Below, one piece after another: positions 28,874 to 38,783 of a DNA stretch of 57,165 bases (the first letter of the stretch is position 1; each line of letters starts with the position of its first letter). The notes under the pieces are model-generated. The model ran no database searches. It was not told where the DNA came from and saw only the letters and a list, made by a program, of their open reading frames with translations. Position numbers and translations under genes: made by a program. Origin of the DNA: Anaerolineae bacterium (GTDB taxonomy: Bacteria; Chloroflexota; Anaerolineae; UBA7937; B3-Chlor); NCBI GenBank assembly GCA_049697655.1, contig JBAVWD010000472.1, positions 1-57,165 on the forward strand. Direction: 5' to 3'.

Positions 28874-29635
28874 ATGGAGTTCATGAGGGTCTTGTACTCC
28901 GGAGACGTGAGATGGGTGTTGCTGGAGGACGCCGGGCTGTTCTGGATCCGCGGCGACCCCTTTGGGGAATGGGCGAGAGCCGGAGAGGTCTCCTGTCTGG
29001 CCGGCATCAGGTTCCTGCCGCCATGTGAGCCGACGAAGATCGTGGCGGTTGGGCTCAACTACCTCTCCCACGCCGAGGAGATGGGCAGCCCGCTTCCGGC
29101 AGAACCAGTGCTTTTTCTCAAACCCCCAAGTTCGGTGGTGGGGCACCGGGACAACGTGGTCTATCCTCGACACCTGAGTCTCAGGGTGGACTACGAGGGA
29201 GAACTGGCGCTCGTGATCGGTAAGCGTGGTAGAAACATCCCTCGGGCGGAGGTCTTTGACCACGTGTTCGGGTATACCTGCGCCAACGATGTGACGGCTC
29301 GCGACCTTCAGCGCCAGGACAACCAGTGGACTCGAGCAAAGGGCTTCGATACCTTCTGTCCTCTGGGACCTGGGATTGCTACAGATGTCGAGGCCGCTTG
29401 TCTGATGATCACTACTAGAGTGAATGACCAGATTCGCCAGCGGGCGTCTACGAGCGAGATGATCTTCCCTGTCGACGTGCTCGTTAGCTACATCTCGCAG
29501 GTGATGACGCTGGAGCCGGGGGATGTCCTTCTCACTGGCACCCCCGCTGGTGTTGGTGAGCTGCGGCCAGGCGACATCGTCGAGGTGGAGATTGATGGAG
29601 TTGGCACGCTGACGAATCCGGTTGTGGAGGCATAG
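28874..29635 (+). CDS. Fumarylacetoacetate hydrolase (FAH) family protein
   Basis: KIVAVGLNYLSHAEE, YEGELALVIGK and GDVLLTGTPAGVG are typical of FAH-family hydratases/isomerases. The start could instead be the ATG at 28883. Confidence 0.85.
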   Translation: MEFMRVLYSGDVRWVLLEDAGLFWIRGDPFGEWARAGEVSCLAGIRFLPPCEPTKIVAVGLNYLSHAEEMGSPLPAEPVLFLKPPSSVVGHRDNVVYPRHLSLRVDYEGELALVIGKRGRNIPRAEVFDHVFGYTCANDVTARDLQRQDNQWTRAKGFDTFCPLGPGIATDVEAACLMITTRVNDQIRQRASTSEMIFPVDVLVSYISQVMTLEPGDVLLTGTPAGVGELRPGDIVEVEIDGVGTLTNPVVEA

Positions 29636-29688
29636 GTTCTTTGTGTGTGCAGTTTCTTGTGATATACTCTTGTGGGGAGCAATGAGGA

Positions 29689-30609
29689 ATGCAACACCTT
29701 GTCACCGGTGCGGATCTGTCGGCCAGTGAGATCTGGCAGTTGTTGGAATTGGCGGCGGATCTCAAGGATGAGTGGAGGGGTGGCGGGAACAAACCTTTTC
29801 TTGCGGGCAAGACCCTGGGAATGGTCTTCCAGAAGCCATCGCTCCGTACGCGGGTGTCCTTCGAGATGGGCATGGCGCACCTTGGGGGTCGTGCCATGTA
29901 TCTCTCACCCCAAGAAATCCAGTTGGGGCAGAGGGAGAGCGTGGCTGACATAGCCCGTGTGCTGAGCAGGTATGTGCATGGGATCATGGCGCGCGTGTTC
30001 GCACACGCAGATGTAGAGGAGTTGGCTGCCCATGCCAGCGTTCCCGTCATCAACGGCCTGTCCGATTTCGTTCACCCATGCCAGGCACTCAGCGATCTCT
30101 TCACCATCCATGAGAGGAGGGGCACTATCGAGGGTGTGACGCTGGCCTATCTGGGGGATGGCAATAACGTTGCCAATTCTCTTCTCCTGGCGGGTAGCAG
30201 GGTGGGAATGGAAATCAGAGTCGCTACGCCCTCAGGGTACGAACCCGATGCGCAGGTAGTCAGCAAGTCCACGGAGTGGGCGCAGGAGGCGGGTGGGAAA
30301 GTAGTATTGGATGCGAATCCACAGTCGGCTGTTCGTGGAGCCGACGTCATCTACACTGATGTCTGGACCAGCATGGGGCAGGAGGCCGAGCGGGAGGCGC
30401 GTCTTCCACTTTTCCGTCCATACCAGATCAACAAAGAACTCCTGGCTTTGGCCAAACCGGATGCGGTGGTCATGCACTGTCTCCCTGCCCATCGAGGTGA
30501 GGAGATCACGGACGAAGTCATTGACGGCCCCCAGTCCATTGTCCTCGATCAGGCCGAGAACAGGATGCACCTCCAGAAGGCGATACTAGTGAGCTTGATG
30601 GCCGACTGA
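29689..30609 (+). CDS. argF: Ornithine carbamoyltransferase
   Basis: [26 protein letters not shown] and [10 protein letters not shown] motifs. Confidence 0.93.
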   Translation: MQHLVTGADLSASEIWQLLELAADLKDEWRGGGNKPFLAGKTLGMVFQKPSLRTRVSFEMGMAHLGGRAMYLSPQEIQLGQRESVADIARVLSRYVHGIMARVFAHADVEELAAHASVPVINGLSDFVHPCQALSDLFTIHERRGTIEGVTLAYLGDGNNVANSLLLAGSRVGMEIRVATPSGYEPDAQVVSKSTEWAQEAGGKVVLDANPQSAVRGADVIYTDVWTSMGQEAEREARLPLFRPYQINKELLALAKPDAVVMHCLPAHRGEEITDEVIDGPQSIVLDQAENRMHLQKAILVSLMAD

Positions 30610-30721
30610 CGTGAGGCGGCCTTGGGGATGCTCCGTCTGTTCTGGGTTTGTGCAACGTTCACGCAGATGTCGCATGGTCTTTGCGATCCGCTAGGCGCGT
30701 ATAGGTTTCAGTCGAGGTGAG

Positions 30722-32974
30722 ATGACTGGCAACCGTTCGGCATTCGAGGCGGCAGTCAAGAGAGCACATGGCTACGCCTGGGAGAAGCAGTGGATGAAGG
30801 CCATCGAACAGTACGAGCTGGCTTTGGCTGACTTCCCAGACGATGCGACTGCGAGAAGCGGTTTGGCCTTCGCCTACCATGGGGGTGAGAGGTTGAAGGA
30901 AGCCCTGCGCGAGTACCGGAAGCTCCGCGAACTTAGGCCGGACGACCCCGATCCCAGGGCGAAGATGGCACACGTACTGGAGGAACTCGGGCGGAGCTCT
31001 GATGCTGCTGAGGCCTGGCTGGACGTGGCCGAGTTGCACGTTCAGCAGAGGGCGCTGATGCGGGCCGTGGAGGCGTGGAAGGAGACGCTACGGTTGCAGC
31101 CGGCGGACAAGGAAGCTCGCTACAAGCTCGCCGAGGCCCTCGAACGCGAGTCCCATACCGCTGAGGCAGCCAAGGAGTACCTTGCGTTGGCGAGGTTGTG
31201 GCACCAGGAGGGCGACCCGCGGCAAGCAGCAGTACACTGCAGGCGAGCGTTGTCGCTCGATCCTGGGAACAAGGCGGCCAGGGGTCTCCTGGAATGCATG
31301 GCATCTGCGAACGGAGGCGTTGCATCGGAGCCGTCGCTCTCGCTGAGAAGAGAGGAACTCGGCCCGGTGGACGAGGCTGTCAAGACCGCGCTGGGTGTTC
31401 TGGCCGAGGCCTTGTTGGGAGACGGACAACTCGTCCCAGCCTCTGACATCTCCACTGATTTGGGATCAGGCGGATCCGTCCTGGAGGCGCAGTCGGAAGT
31501 CCGTGCTGTGCTGGCCAAGGCGGTTGACCTTCACTCTCGCGGGGTGATCAAGGAGGCGCTCGGCTGCTACAAGGAGGCGCTCGCGATGGGAGCGGCGCGA
31601 ACGGAGATTGAGTTCAGCCTCGGCCTCCTGAACAAGCAGCTATCCCGCCATGACGAGGCAGTCGGATACCTTCAGAGATCGCTGGAGGCCTCGGAGTATG
31701 CTCTGGCCAGTCACTTGAGCTTGGGCGAGACCTTCTGGGCTCAAGGTCGGACCACTGAGGCGCTGGATCATTTCCTTGGGGCGCTGCGGATCATAGATCT
31801 GGAGGCCGCGGGGCAGGATGGCGCTCGTGATCTCGATTCCGCATACCAGAGCCTTGCCGCGAGCGGGTGGGGTCAGGGTGGCGCACGGGGTTCGGAGATG
31901 CTGGTTCACTCCTTGGTGGAGCTTCTGAGCGGGGGTGAGTGGAGGGAAAAGGTCAAGGAGGCACGCAGTAAATTGCACAGTCTGGCTGAGAACGGTGTCG
32001 TCCCCATACTTCCCGAGGTATTGGACATCCCGGGCGGCGAAGAGGTGGTGGACATGATGACCCGCAGCCGGGAGTATCTGCGGGGGGGGATGCCGTTCAC
32101 GGCTCTGGAGGAGTGCTACAGGGCTATACGGCTCGCACCCACCTACCTGCCCGTGCACCTCGGGTTGGCGGAGGTGTTCGCGCAGCAAGGAAAGGCCGAG
32201 GAAGCTGTGAGCAAGTACGCAGCCGTGGCAGAGGCCTACCTGATGCGAGATGATCCCCGCAAGGCGATGGATGTGTACAGACGGGCACTCGTCGCTGCTC
32301 CGATGAGCATCTCCGTCAGAGAGAAGCTAATAGATCTCCTGATAGAGAATGGCGAGCTGAATCTGGCTCTGGACGAGTACGTGGCTCTGGGGGAGAGCTA
32401 CTACCGGTTGGCTCGTGTGGACGCTGCGCTGGAGAGATACGAGCAAGCCCTGAGCTTGGCAAGTCGGACTGGGGCGGCCACTGACTGGAGGGTCGGCATT
32501 CTGCATCGGGTGGCTGACCTGCACATGCAGCGCGTACATTGGAAGGAAGCAGCCTCCGTCTTCGAGAAGATCCTGGGGTTGTCGCCTGATGACGAGCAAG
32601 CCGGTTTCCGTCTTGTCGAACTGCGATACAGACTCGGGCAGGAAAGACTCGCCCTGGCCGATGTGGACGCCCTGATCGTCCGATATGGGAAGCGCGAGGA
32701 GTTGCCCAAGATCGCCGCACTGATGAAGGACCTGGTGGCTGCAAATCCACAGGACTTGTCACTGCGATCCAGGTTGATCAGGATCTACGTGGAGCTGGGC
32801 AAGAAGAGGGAAGCGATCGCAGAGCTGGACACGCTGGGCGAACTGCAGTTGGAGGCTGGCCGCAGGGCAGAGGCGATGGAGACCCTTCGAACGATCATCT
32901 CGCTGGAACCAGACGAGAAGGAAGGGTACACTCGACTGCTGCGGGAACTCCAGGACAGAGCCCCCAGCGCGTGA
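30722..32974 (+). CDS. Large tetratricopeptide-repeat protein
   Basis: 750 aa of repeated A/L/E/R-rich 34-residue helical repeats (for example ALREYRKLRELRPDDPD and CRRALSLDPGN). No catalytic motif was recognised. Confidence 0.8.
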   Translation: MTGNRSAFEAAVKRAHGYAWEKQWMKAIEQYELALADFPDDATARSGLAFAYHGGERLKEALREYRKLRELRPDDPDPRAKMAHVLEELGRSSDAAEAWLDVAELHVQQRALMRAVEAWKETLRLQPADKEARYKLAEALERESHTAEAAKEYLALARLWHQEGDPRQAAVHCRRALSLDPGNKAARGLLECMASANGGVASEPSLSLRREELGPVDEAVKTALGVLAEALLGDGQLVPASDISTDLGSGGSVLEAQSEVRAVLAKAVDLHSRGVIKEALGCYKEALAMGAARTEIEFSLGLLNKQLSRHDEAVGYLQRSLEASEYALASHLSLGETFWAQGRTTEALDHFLGALRIIDLEAAGQDGARDLDSAYQSLAASGWGQGGARGSEMLVHSLVELLSGGEWREKVKEARSKLHSLAENGVVPILPEVLDIPGGEEVVDMMTRSREYLRGGMPFTALEECYRAIRLAPTYLPVHLGLAEVFAQQGKAEEAVSKYAAVAEAYLMRDDPRKAMDVYRRALVAAPMSISVREKLIDLLIENGELNLALDEYVALGESYYRLARVDAALERYEQALSLASRTGAATDWRVGILHRVADLHMQRVHWKEAASVFEKILGLSPDDEQAGFRLVELRYRLGQERLALADVDALIVRYGKREELPKIAALMKDLVAANPQDLSLRSRLIRIYVELGKKREAIAELDTLGELQLEAGRRAEAMETLRTIISLEPDEKEGYTRLLRELQDRAPSA

Positions 32975-33023
32975 AATACGGATAGGCACACGAAGGCCGT
33001 TTGCAGGCTACGAGAGGTCTCTT

Positions 33024-33833
33024 GTGTCCGACATCCTGTGGATACTGTCGCACTTCCAACTGAGGGATCTGCTTGACATACTGCTCGTGACCGCCATGTT
33101 CTGGGGGCTGATGTACCTCGTGAGAGGTACGAGGGCGGTCGCCCTGATGAGGGGTGTTCTTCTGCTCGTCATAGCGGTGGTGCTGGCCAGCAACTTCCTC
33201 TCCCTGACGGCTTTTAACTGGCTGATTCGCAATACTCTCCCGGCACTGTTGGTCGCCGTGCCGGTCATTTTCCAGCCAGAACTACGACGTGCCCTGGAGC
33301 GCATTGGCCGGGGCGGAGGCTTGATCGCCTTCTCTTCTACAGAGTCCGTCACCATGGGGGTCAGCCGAAACATCGCTCGTGCCGCAGTGCAGTTGTCGGA
33401 GCGGAGGCACGGGGCTCTGATCGTGGTGGAGCGTGAGACCGGTCTCCAGGAATACGTCGACACCGGGATTCCCATAGATGGCGAGGTGACTGCCGAGCTC
33501 CTGCTGACCATTTTCCAGCCCAACACGGCATTGCACGATGGCGCCGCGATAATCAGAGGGGGCAGGATTGTTGCCGCGGCTTGCATTCTGCCGCTGGCTG
33601 AGACCAGCCGGGTCCGTCGAGGCCTAGGACTGCGGCATAGGGCGGCCGTCGGGATCACAGAGCAAAGCGATGCTGTGGCAGCCGTCGTTTCGGAAGAAAC
33701 GGGAACCATCTCTATTGCCAGGCACGGGCGACTGGTGAGTGATCTGGACGAAACTGGCCTGCGGGAGGTGCTACGGTCTTCGTACCGGCGCCCTTTGGGC
33801 ACCACACTCTCTCGCTGGTCGCCTCAGAAGTAG
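33024..33833 (+). CDS. cdaA: Diadenylate cyclase CdaA (c-di-AMP synthase)
   Basis: Three N-terminal TM helices, then a DAC domain with ALHDGAAII (DGA) and GLRHRAAVGITE (RHR) motifs. GTG start. Confidence 0.92.
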   Translation: MSDILWILSHFQLRDLLDILLVTAMFWGLMYLVRGTRAVALMRGVLLLVIAVVLASNFLSLTAFNWLIRNTLPALLVAVPVIFQPELRRALERIGRGGGLIAFSSTESVTMGVSRNIARAAVQLSERRHGALIVVERETGLQEYVDTGIPIDGEVTAELLLTIFQPNTALHDGAAIIRGGRIVAAACILPLAETSRVRRGLGLRHRAAVGITEQSDAVAAVVSEETGTISIARHGRLVSDLDETGLREVLRSSYRRPLGTTLSRWSPQK

Positions 33834-33852
33834 AGTCAGGATCGGTTGCTCC

Positions 33853-35109
33853 ATGTCCTTGACACGAAGCGCTCGCTCCGCAGGTGACCAGAGCAGGCTG
33901 CGTTCTTTGGTGAGCACAGGCAACCTCGGGTCTCTGCTGATGGCCTTGGTCCTGGCAGTGATGGTATGGATGGCGGCAACCATCCAAGAGAACCCTTTCG
34001 CGGAAGGGTTCTTGGCCGATCCGGTGCCAGTCGAAGTGGTCAACCGGGGAGAGGGTCTGGTCATCGTGGGGGGTGTGAATCAGCAGGTGAGAATCAAAGT
34101 CAGGGCCCCGGAGTCTGTCTGGGAGGACCTAGGAGCAGGCGGTTTTCGCGCCCAGGTAGATCTGCAAGGTCTCGATGTGGGACTACACGAGGTTGCGGTG
34201 AGGGTCGAACCGGCCAGCAGTCTCGTGAGGATACTGAGTACGTCACCAGGTGCGCTCACGATTCGTCTTGACACCAGAAGCGAGAAGATGGTCCGAGTCA
34301 GGGTTAGCCTCTATGGCAATCCACCGTCGGGGTATGGGACTGGATCCGTCAAGGTGGATCCATCTGTGGTGATGGTGAGTGGGCCCCAGACTCTCGTTGA
34401 TCAAGTTGTGGAGCTCACGGCGGACGTGTATCTGAGCGGCGAAAAGGACACCTTCGAGCGCAGCGCATCGCTGACCCCCAGAGATGAGGTAGGTAATGCC
34501 CTGGATGGTCTGGAGCTCGACCACAAGACAGCCACCGTCACCGTGCCCGTCGAACAGCAGGTAGGCTATCGGGAGCTCTCCATCAAGACCATCATCGAGG
34601 GGAATCCCGCGCCTGGCTATTGGATTAGCAGCATTGCTGCCGACCCTTCCACAGTGACCGTGTTTGGGGACCCTACCGCGGTGAACGAGATCCCTGGCTA
34701 CCTTGAGACATATCCCGTCAAGGTCGAAGGGGAGCGAGACAATGTCTCACAGCAGGTGGCCATCGTCTTCCCAGGAGGGGTCTCCTCGTTAGAGAATGTG
34801 GTGACTGTACAAGCTCTCATACAGATATCGCCTGTACTCAGCGGTCAGACAATCCAACTCACGCCTGAGATACGGGGCCTGGGAAGAGGACTGGAGGCCA
34901 CCTTCTCTCCAGAGACCGTGGAGGTTATCCTCTCCGGTCCTCTGTCGGAGCTTGAGGCGCTCCAGGCGGGAGACGTGCGGGTTGTACTGGATCTGTCCGA
35001 CTATGAACCCGGAACGCATTTTGTACCTCTCACGGTGGAGAGGCCTGAGTCGCTGGAGGTACAGGCGGTTCTTCCCGACCAGGTCGAGGTGGTGATTAGG
35101 GAGTCATGA
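33853..35109 (+). CDS. cdaR: CdaA regulator CdaR (YbbR-repeat protein)
   Basis: N-terminal TM helix, then repeated beta-rich YbbR-like modules. Sits immediately downstream of cdaA. I prefer the ATG at 33853 over the ORF-track start at 33739, which lies inside cdaA. Confidence 0.8.
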   Translation: MSLTRSARSAGDQSRLRSLVSTGNLGSLLMALVLAVMVWMAATIQENPFAEGFLADPVPVEVVNRGEGLVIVGGVNQQVRIKVRAPESVWEDLGAGGFRAQVDLQGLDVGLHEVAVRVEPASSLVRILSTSPGALTIRLDTRSEKMVRVRVSLYGNPPSGYGTGSVKVDPSVVMVSGPQTLVDQVVELTADVYLSGEKDTFERSASLTPRDEVGNALDGLELDHKTATVTVPVEQQVGYRELSIKTIIEGNPAPGYWISSIAADPSTVTVFGDPTAVNEIPGYLETYPVKVEGERDNVSQQVAIVFPGGVSSLENVVTVQALIQISPVLSGQTIQLTPEIRGLGRGLEATFSPETVEVILSGPLSELEALQAGDVRVVLDLSDYEPGTHFVPLTVERPESLEVQAVLPDQVEVVIRES

Positions 35110-36443
35110 CCAAGCCCCTCGTCGCCCTGGTTGGTCGTCCCAATGTGGGCAAGTCCACCCTCTTCAATCGCCTCATCGAGGAACCCTTGGCCATCGTAGA
35201 GGATACCCCGGGCACCACGCGAGACCGCATCTACGCAGACGCAGAGTGGGGGGGCATCACTTTCACGTTCGTAGACACCGGGGGGTTACTGCCAGATTCC
35301 CCCAGTGACCTTGCAGCTTCGGTGCGGGAGCAAGTGACGACTGCCATCAGTGAAGCAGACGTCATCATCTTTTTGGTGGACGTGAATGAAGGGCCCACCG
35401 CTGGCGATGGGGAGATCGCAGACCTCCTCCGCCGTTCCAGCAAGCCGGTGCTCTTGGCGGCGAACAAGGCCGATAACCAGAGGCGTCGCCAGGACGCGAT
35501 GGAATTCTATGAGCTTGGATTGGGAGATCCCTTGCCTCTCTCGGCTCTACACGGCACCGGCACGGGGGATCTTCTCGAGACTCTCCTGAAGGTCGCCCCT
35601 GCCGACACGGGGGATCAGCCAACGGAGGGGACCAGAATAGCGATAGTAGGTCGCCCCAACGTGGGCAAGTCCTCGCTGTTGAACGCAGTCCTGGGCCAGC
35701 AGCGCATGATCGTCAGCGAAGAGCCGGGCACTACACGAGATGCGGTCGACAGCGTGATCGAGTGGAACGGGGAAACGGTGATACTGGTAGACACCGCCGG
35801 CATCAGACGGCGGGGACGGGTGGCACCGGGAATCGAGCGGTACAGCGTGATTCGCGCCCTGCGGGCCATTCAGCGCGCCGACGTCGCCTTGCTCCTGCTC
35901 GATGCCGTGGAGGGAGTTACCGAGCAGGATGCGCACATCGCGGGCTATGTGCTGGAACAGGGCAAGGGGCTAGTCATCGTGGTGAACAAGTGGGATCTGG
36001 TGGAGAAGGATACCCACACCATGCAGCAGTACACCAGCGACATCCGCGAGGCCCTGAAGTTCGTGGCCTATTCCCCAGTGGTCTTCGTTTCGGCCACCAC
36101 TGGACAGCGCGTCACGAAGCCCATCGACGTTGCCCTGGCTGTCCAGGAGGCAAGGTCACGTCGCATCTCAACGGGCGAACTGAATAGAGTCGTGGGTGAG
36201 GCGACAACAAAGCACGCGCCTCCCTCGAAGAAAGGGAAGCGTCTCAGGATCTACTACGCAACGCAGATCGGAGTGGCTCCACCTGCCTTCGTGTTCTTCG
36301 TTAATGATCCTGAGCTAGTGCACTTCACATACCAGCGATACCTGGAGAACCAGTTGCGCGATGCCTTTGGCTTCGAGGGTTCTCCTTTGAGGATGATCTT
36401 CCGGAGCCGAAGACGAGACGCATCGCACCAGGTCGGCGCCTGA
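35106..36443 (+). CDS. der: Ribosome-associated GTPase Der/EngA
   Basis: Two G-domains (GRPNVGKSTLFN and GRPNVGKSSLLN, each followed by DTGG/DTAG) and a KH-like C-terminus. ATGA overlap with cdaR. Confidence 0.95.
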   Translation: MTKPLVALVGRPNVGKSTLFNRLIEEPLAIVEDTPGTTRDRIYADAEWGGITFTFVDTGGLLPDSPSDLAASVREQVTTAISEADVIIFLVDVNEGPTAGDGEIADLLRRSSKPVLLAANKADNQRRRQDAMEFYELGLGDPLPLSALHGTGTGDLLETLLKVAPADTGDQPTEGTRIAIVGRPNVGKSSLLNAVLGQQRMIVSEEPGTTRDAVDSVIEWNGETVILVDTAGIRRRGRVAPGIERYSVIRALRAIQRADVALLLLDAVEGVTEQDAHIAGYVLEQGKGLVIVVNKWDLVEKDTHTMQQYTSDIREALKFVAYSPVVFVSATTGQRVTKPIDVALAVQEARSRRISTGELNRVVGEATTKHAPPSKKGKRLRIYYATQIGVAPPAFVFFVNDPELVHFTYQRYLENQLRDAFGFEGSPLRMIFRSRRRDASHQVGA

Positions 36444-36446
36444 TAC

Positions 36447-37595
36447 TCATCGGTTCTCCAGAATCTGGCGCGCGATCACCAATCTCTGGATCTCCGAGGT
36501 TCCCTCTCCGATTGCGGTCAGCCGGTTATCCCTGTAGAATCGCTCGACGGGATAGTCCTTCGTGTAACCGTAGCCAGCGTGAATCTGAAGCGCGTTGTAG
36601 CACGCCAGCTCGGCAGCCTCGGAGGCGAACAGCTTGCCCATTGCTGCCTCTTTGGTGAACTTCTTGCCCTCGTCTTCCAGGCACGCTGCCTTGAGGATCA
36701 GCAAGCGGCCACCCTCCAGCCTGGTGGCCGCGTCCGCGATCATCCACTGAACCGCCTGGAACTCTGCGATTGGCCGGCCGAACTGCTGGCGATCCCTGGC
36801 GTACGATATGGCGGCTTCCAGAGCAGCCTGGCCCAACCCCAGGGCCATGGCTCCAATGCTTATACGACCGCCGTCCAGCACCTTCAGTATCTGCTTGAAC
36901 CCGTCTCCCTCCTTGCCGAGCAGGTGGTCTTTGGGGATTCTGCAATCCTCGAAGAAGAGCTGCGAGGTAGGGGAGCCTTTCAGGCCCATCTTGTCCTCGA
37001 TCTTACCCACAGAGAAACCCGGGGTGTCTGTCTCCACGATGAAAGTCGATATCCCACGTGATCCCATGGACGAGGGATCGGTCCTGGCGACCACGATCAA
37101 GGTCTGAGCTATGGGACCGTTGGTGATCAAGGACTTGGCCCCGTTAATCACCCAATGGTTGCCGTCCAGGGCGGCGGTCGTCTTGGTTGATCCAGCGTCA
37201 GAGCCAGCCTCGGGCTCGGTGAGACCCAGCGCTCCGATGGCCTCCCCCTTCGCGAGAGGCACGAGGTACTTCTTCTTCTGCTCCTCGGTCCCGAACAGAT
37301 AGATGGGAGAACTACCAAGGGAAACGTGGGCGGCGTAGGAGAGCCCATGGGAACCGCATGCACGGGAGATCTCCTCCGTGGCGATGGCATAGCACACGGT
37401 ATCTCCTCCGGCGCCGCCGTACTGCTCTGGCCAGGGGAGGCCCAGCAGCCCAAGTTCCCCCATCCTCTTGAAGTTGTCTGCTGGGAACTGTCCGTCCTTG
37501 TCTATTTGGGCTGCGATGGGCATGATCTCGCTCTCAGCGAAATCACGCACCATGTCCCGAATCATCTGTTGTTCTTCCGTCAGCTGGAAATCCAT
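36447..37595 (-). CDS. Acyl-CoA dehydrogenase (short/branched-chain type)
   Basis: MDFQLTEEQQMIRDMVRDFA, LTEPEAGSD and C-terminal IGEGTSEIQRLVIAR. Confidence 0.9.
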   Translation of the reverse strand: MDFQLTEEQQMIRDMVRDFAESEIMPIAAQIDKDGQFPADNFKRMGELGLLGLPWPEQYGGAGGDTVCYAIATEEISRACGSHGLSYAAHVSLGSSPIYLFGTEEQKKKYLVPLAKGEAIGALGLTEPEAGSDAGSTKTTAALDGNHWVINGAKSLITNGPIAQTLIVVARTDPSSMGSRGISTFIVETDTPGFSVGKIEDKMGLKGSPTSQLFFEDCRIPKDHLLGKEGDGFKQILKVLDGGRISIGAMALGLGQAALEAAISYARDRQQFGRPIAEFQAVQWMIADAATRLEGGRLLILKAACLEDEGKKFTKEAAMGKLFASEAAELACYNALQIHAGYGYTKDYPVERFYRDNRLTAIGEGTSEIQRLVIARQILENR

Positions 37596-37693
37596 CGTCT
37601 ACTATCCTCGTGTGACACGATGAGACCTTGAGGCAAGAGCCCTGGGCGGGGCCACCATCGTCAAAGGAGCAGAGATCAGCAACAGAACATCGT

Positions 37694-38167
37694 CTAGACC
37701 GGCTTGAAGTGCTCGATGTCCAAGATGGAGCCTTCTCTCTCCTTCTTTGGTTTGAAGACTGCCTCGACCTCCATCCCAATCTCCACGTCCTCAGGCTTGG
37801 TCATCCTCAGTCTGTGGACCAGACCACCGTGGGCCCCCGGGAGTCTGACGAGCGCCAGTATGTCTGGTTCGTCCAGCGCTTGGTCGTCCAGGGAGCGGGT
37901 CAGGACGGTGTAGGTGTACACTGTCCCCTTGGCCGGCAGCTCAACCCACTCATCCAACTGGCAGAAACATCTCTCGCAGTACATGGAGGGCGGCACATAG
38001 GTGAGATCGCAGGCGGGGCAGACGGTGCCCAAAATGACGCCGCGGTCCTTTATGGCACGGAGGAACGTCTCACCGGCGATGCCAACCGTGTATTCGCTCT
38101 CCAGCGGAATGTTGTCGTACCACACCTTCGCTTTTCCGAAGGTTCCTATGCGTTCAATAAGGGACAT
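37694..38167 (-). CDS. DUF35 zinc-ribbon / OB-fold protein
   Basis: CPACDLTYVPPSMYCERC rubredoxin-like ribbon followed by an OB-like GTVYTYTV segment. Confidence 0.8.
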   Translation of the reverse strand: MSLIERIGTFGKAKVWYDNIPLESEYTVGIAGETFLRAIKDRGVILGTVCPACDLTYVPPSMYCERCFCQLDEWVELPAKGTVYTYTVLTRSLDDQALDEPDILALVRLPGAHGGLVHRLRMTKPEDVEIGMEVEAVFKPKKEREGSILDIEHFKPV

Positions 38168-38233
38168 CTCGATTCCTCCTCGGGTTCCGACATAGCCAGC
38201 CTGAAAGACCTGCTGAATCTGTTCGGCATCCTT

Positions 38234-38737
38234 TCACAAAGGCTTGAAGTACTTGATATCCGTGATTGAGCCTTCCCGTTCCTTGGCTGGTTTCCAGACA
38301 GCCTGTACCCTCATGCCTACTGTCACATCGTCTGGATTGACCTCGTCCAGTAGGTGGAGAAAGCCGGCGTTGGAGGCACCATCTATCCAAATCACAGCGG
38401 GGATCTGTGGCTCTTTGGCTCTGCTGGCATCCCAGCGAATGTAGCAGATGGAGTATGTGTTGACAGTGCCCGTGTCTGCGAGATACACCCAATCATTCAG
38501 GGGCTCCCAGCACCATTCGCAGACCACACGCGGCGGCACAACCAAGCGCCGGCAACGCCTGCACTTGATACCGATGATGCGCCCGTTCTTCAGCTCCTCC
38601 AGGTAGCGACTGATGGCTACGCCGGCATCCCATCCATACTCCAGCCTTGGCTTCCAGTAAGTCGTGAGGACCTTGCCTGCATCCAAGTCGTCCTGGGTCA
38701 ATGGCGTGCCGGGGAAGCTTTCGATGTTGGCACTCAT
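38234..38737 (-). CDS. DUF35 zinc-ribbon / OB-fold protein
   Basis: CRRCRRLVVPPRVVCEWC ribbon followed by GTVNTYSI. Paralogue of the neighbouring gene. Confidence 0.8.
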   Translation of the reverse strand: MSANIESFPGTPLTQDDLDAGKVLTTYWKPRLEYGWDAGVAISRYLEELKNGRIIGIKCRRCRRLVVPPRVVCEWCWEPLNDWVYLADTGTVNTYSICYIRWDASRAKEPQIPAVIWIDGASNAGFLHLLDEVNPDDVTVGMRVQAVWKPAKEREGSITDIKYFKPL

Positions 38738-38783
38738 GTTAGTAATCTCCTATGGTCTAACCTGTTATCTGGGATTGGCCGCC

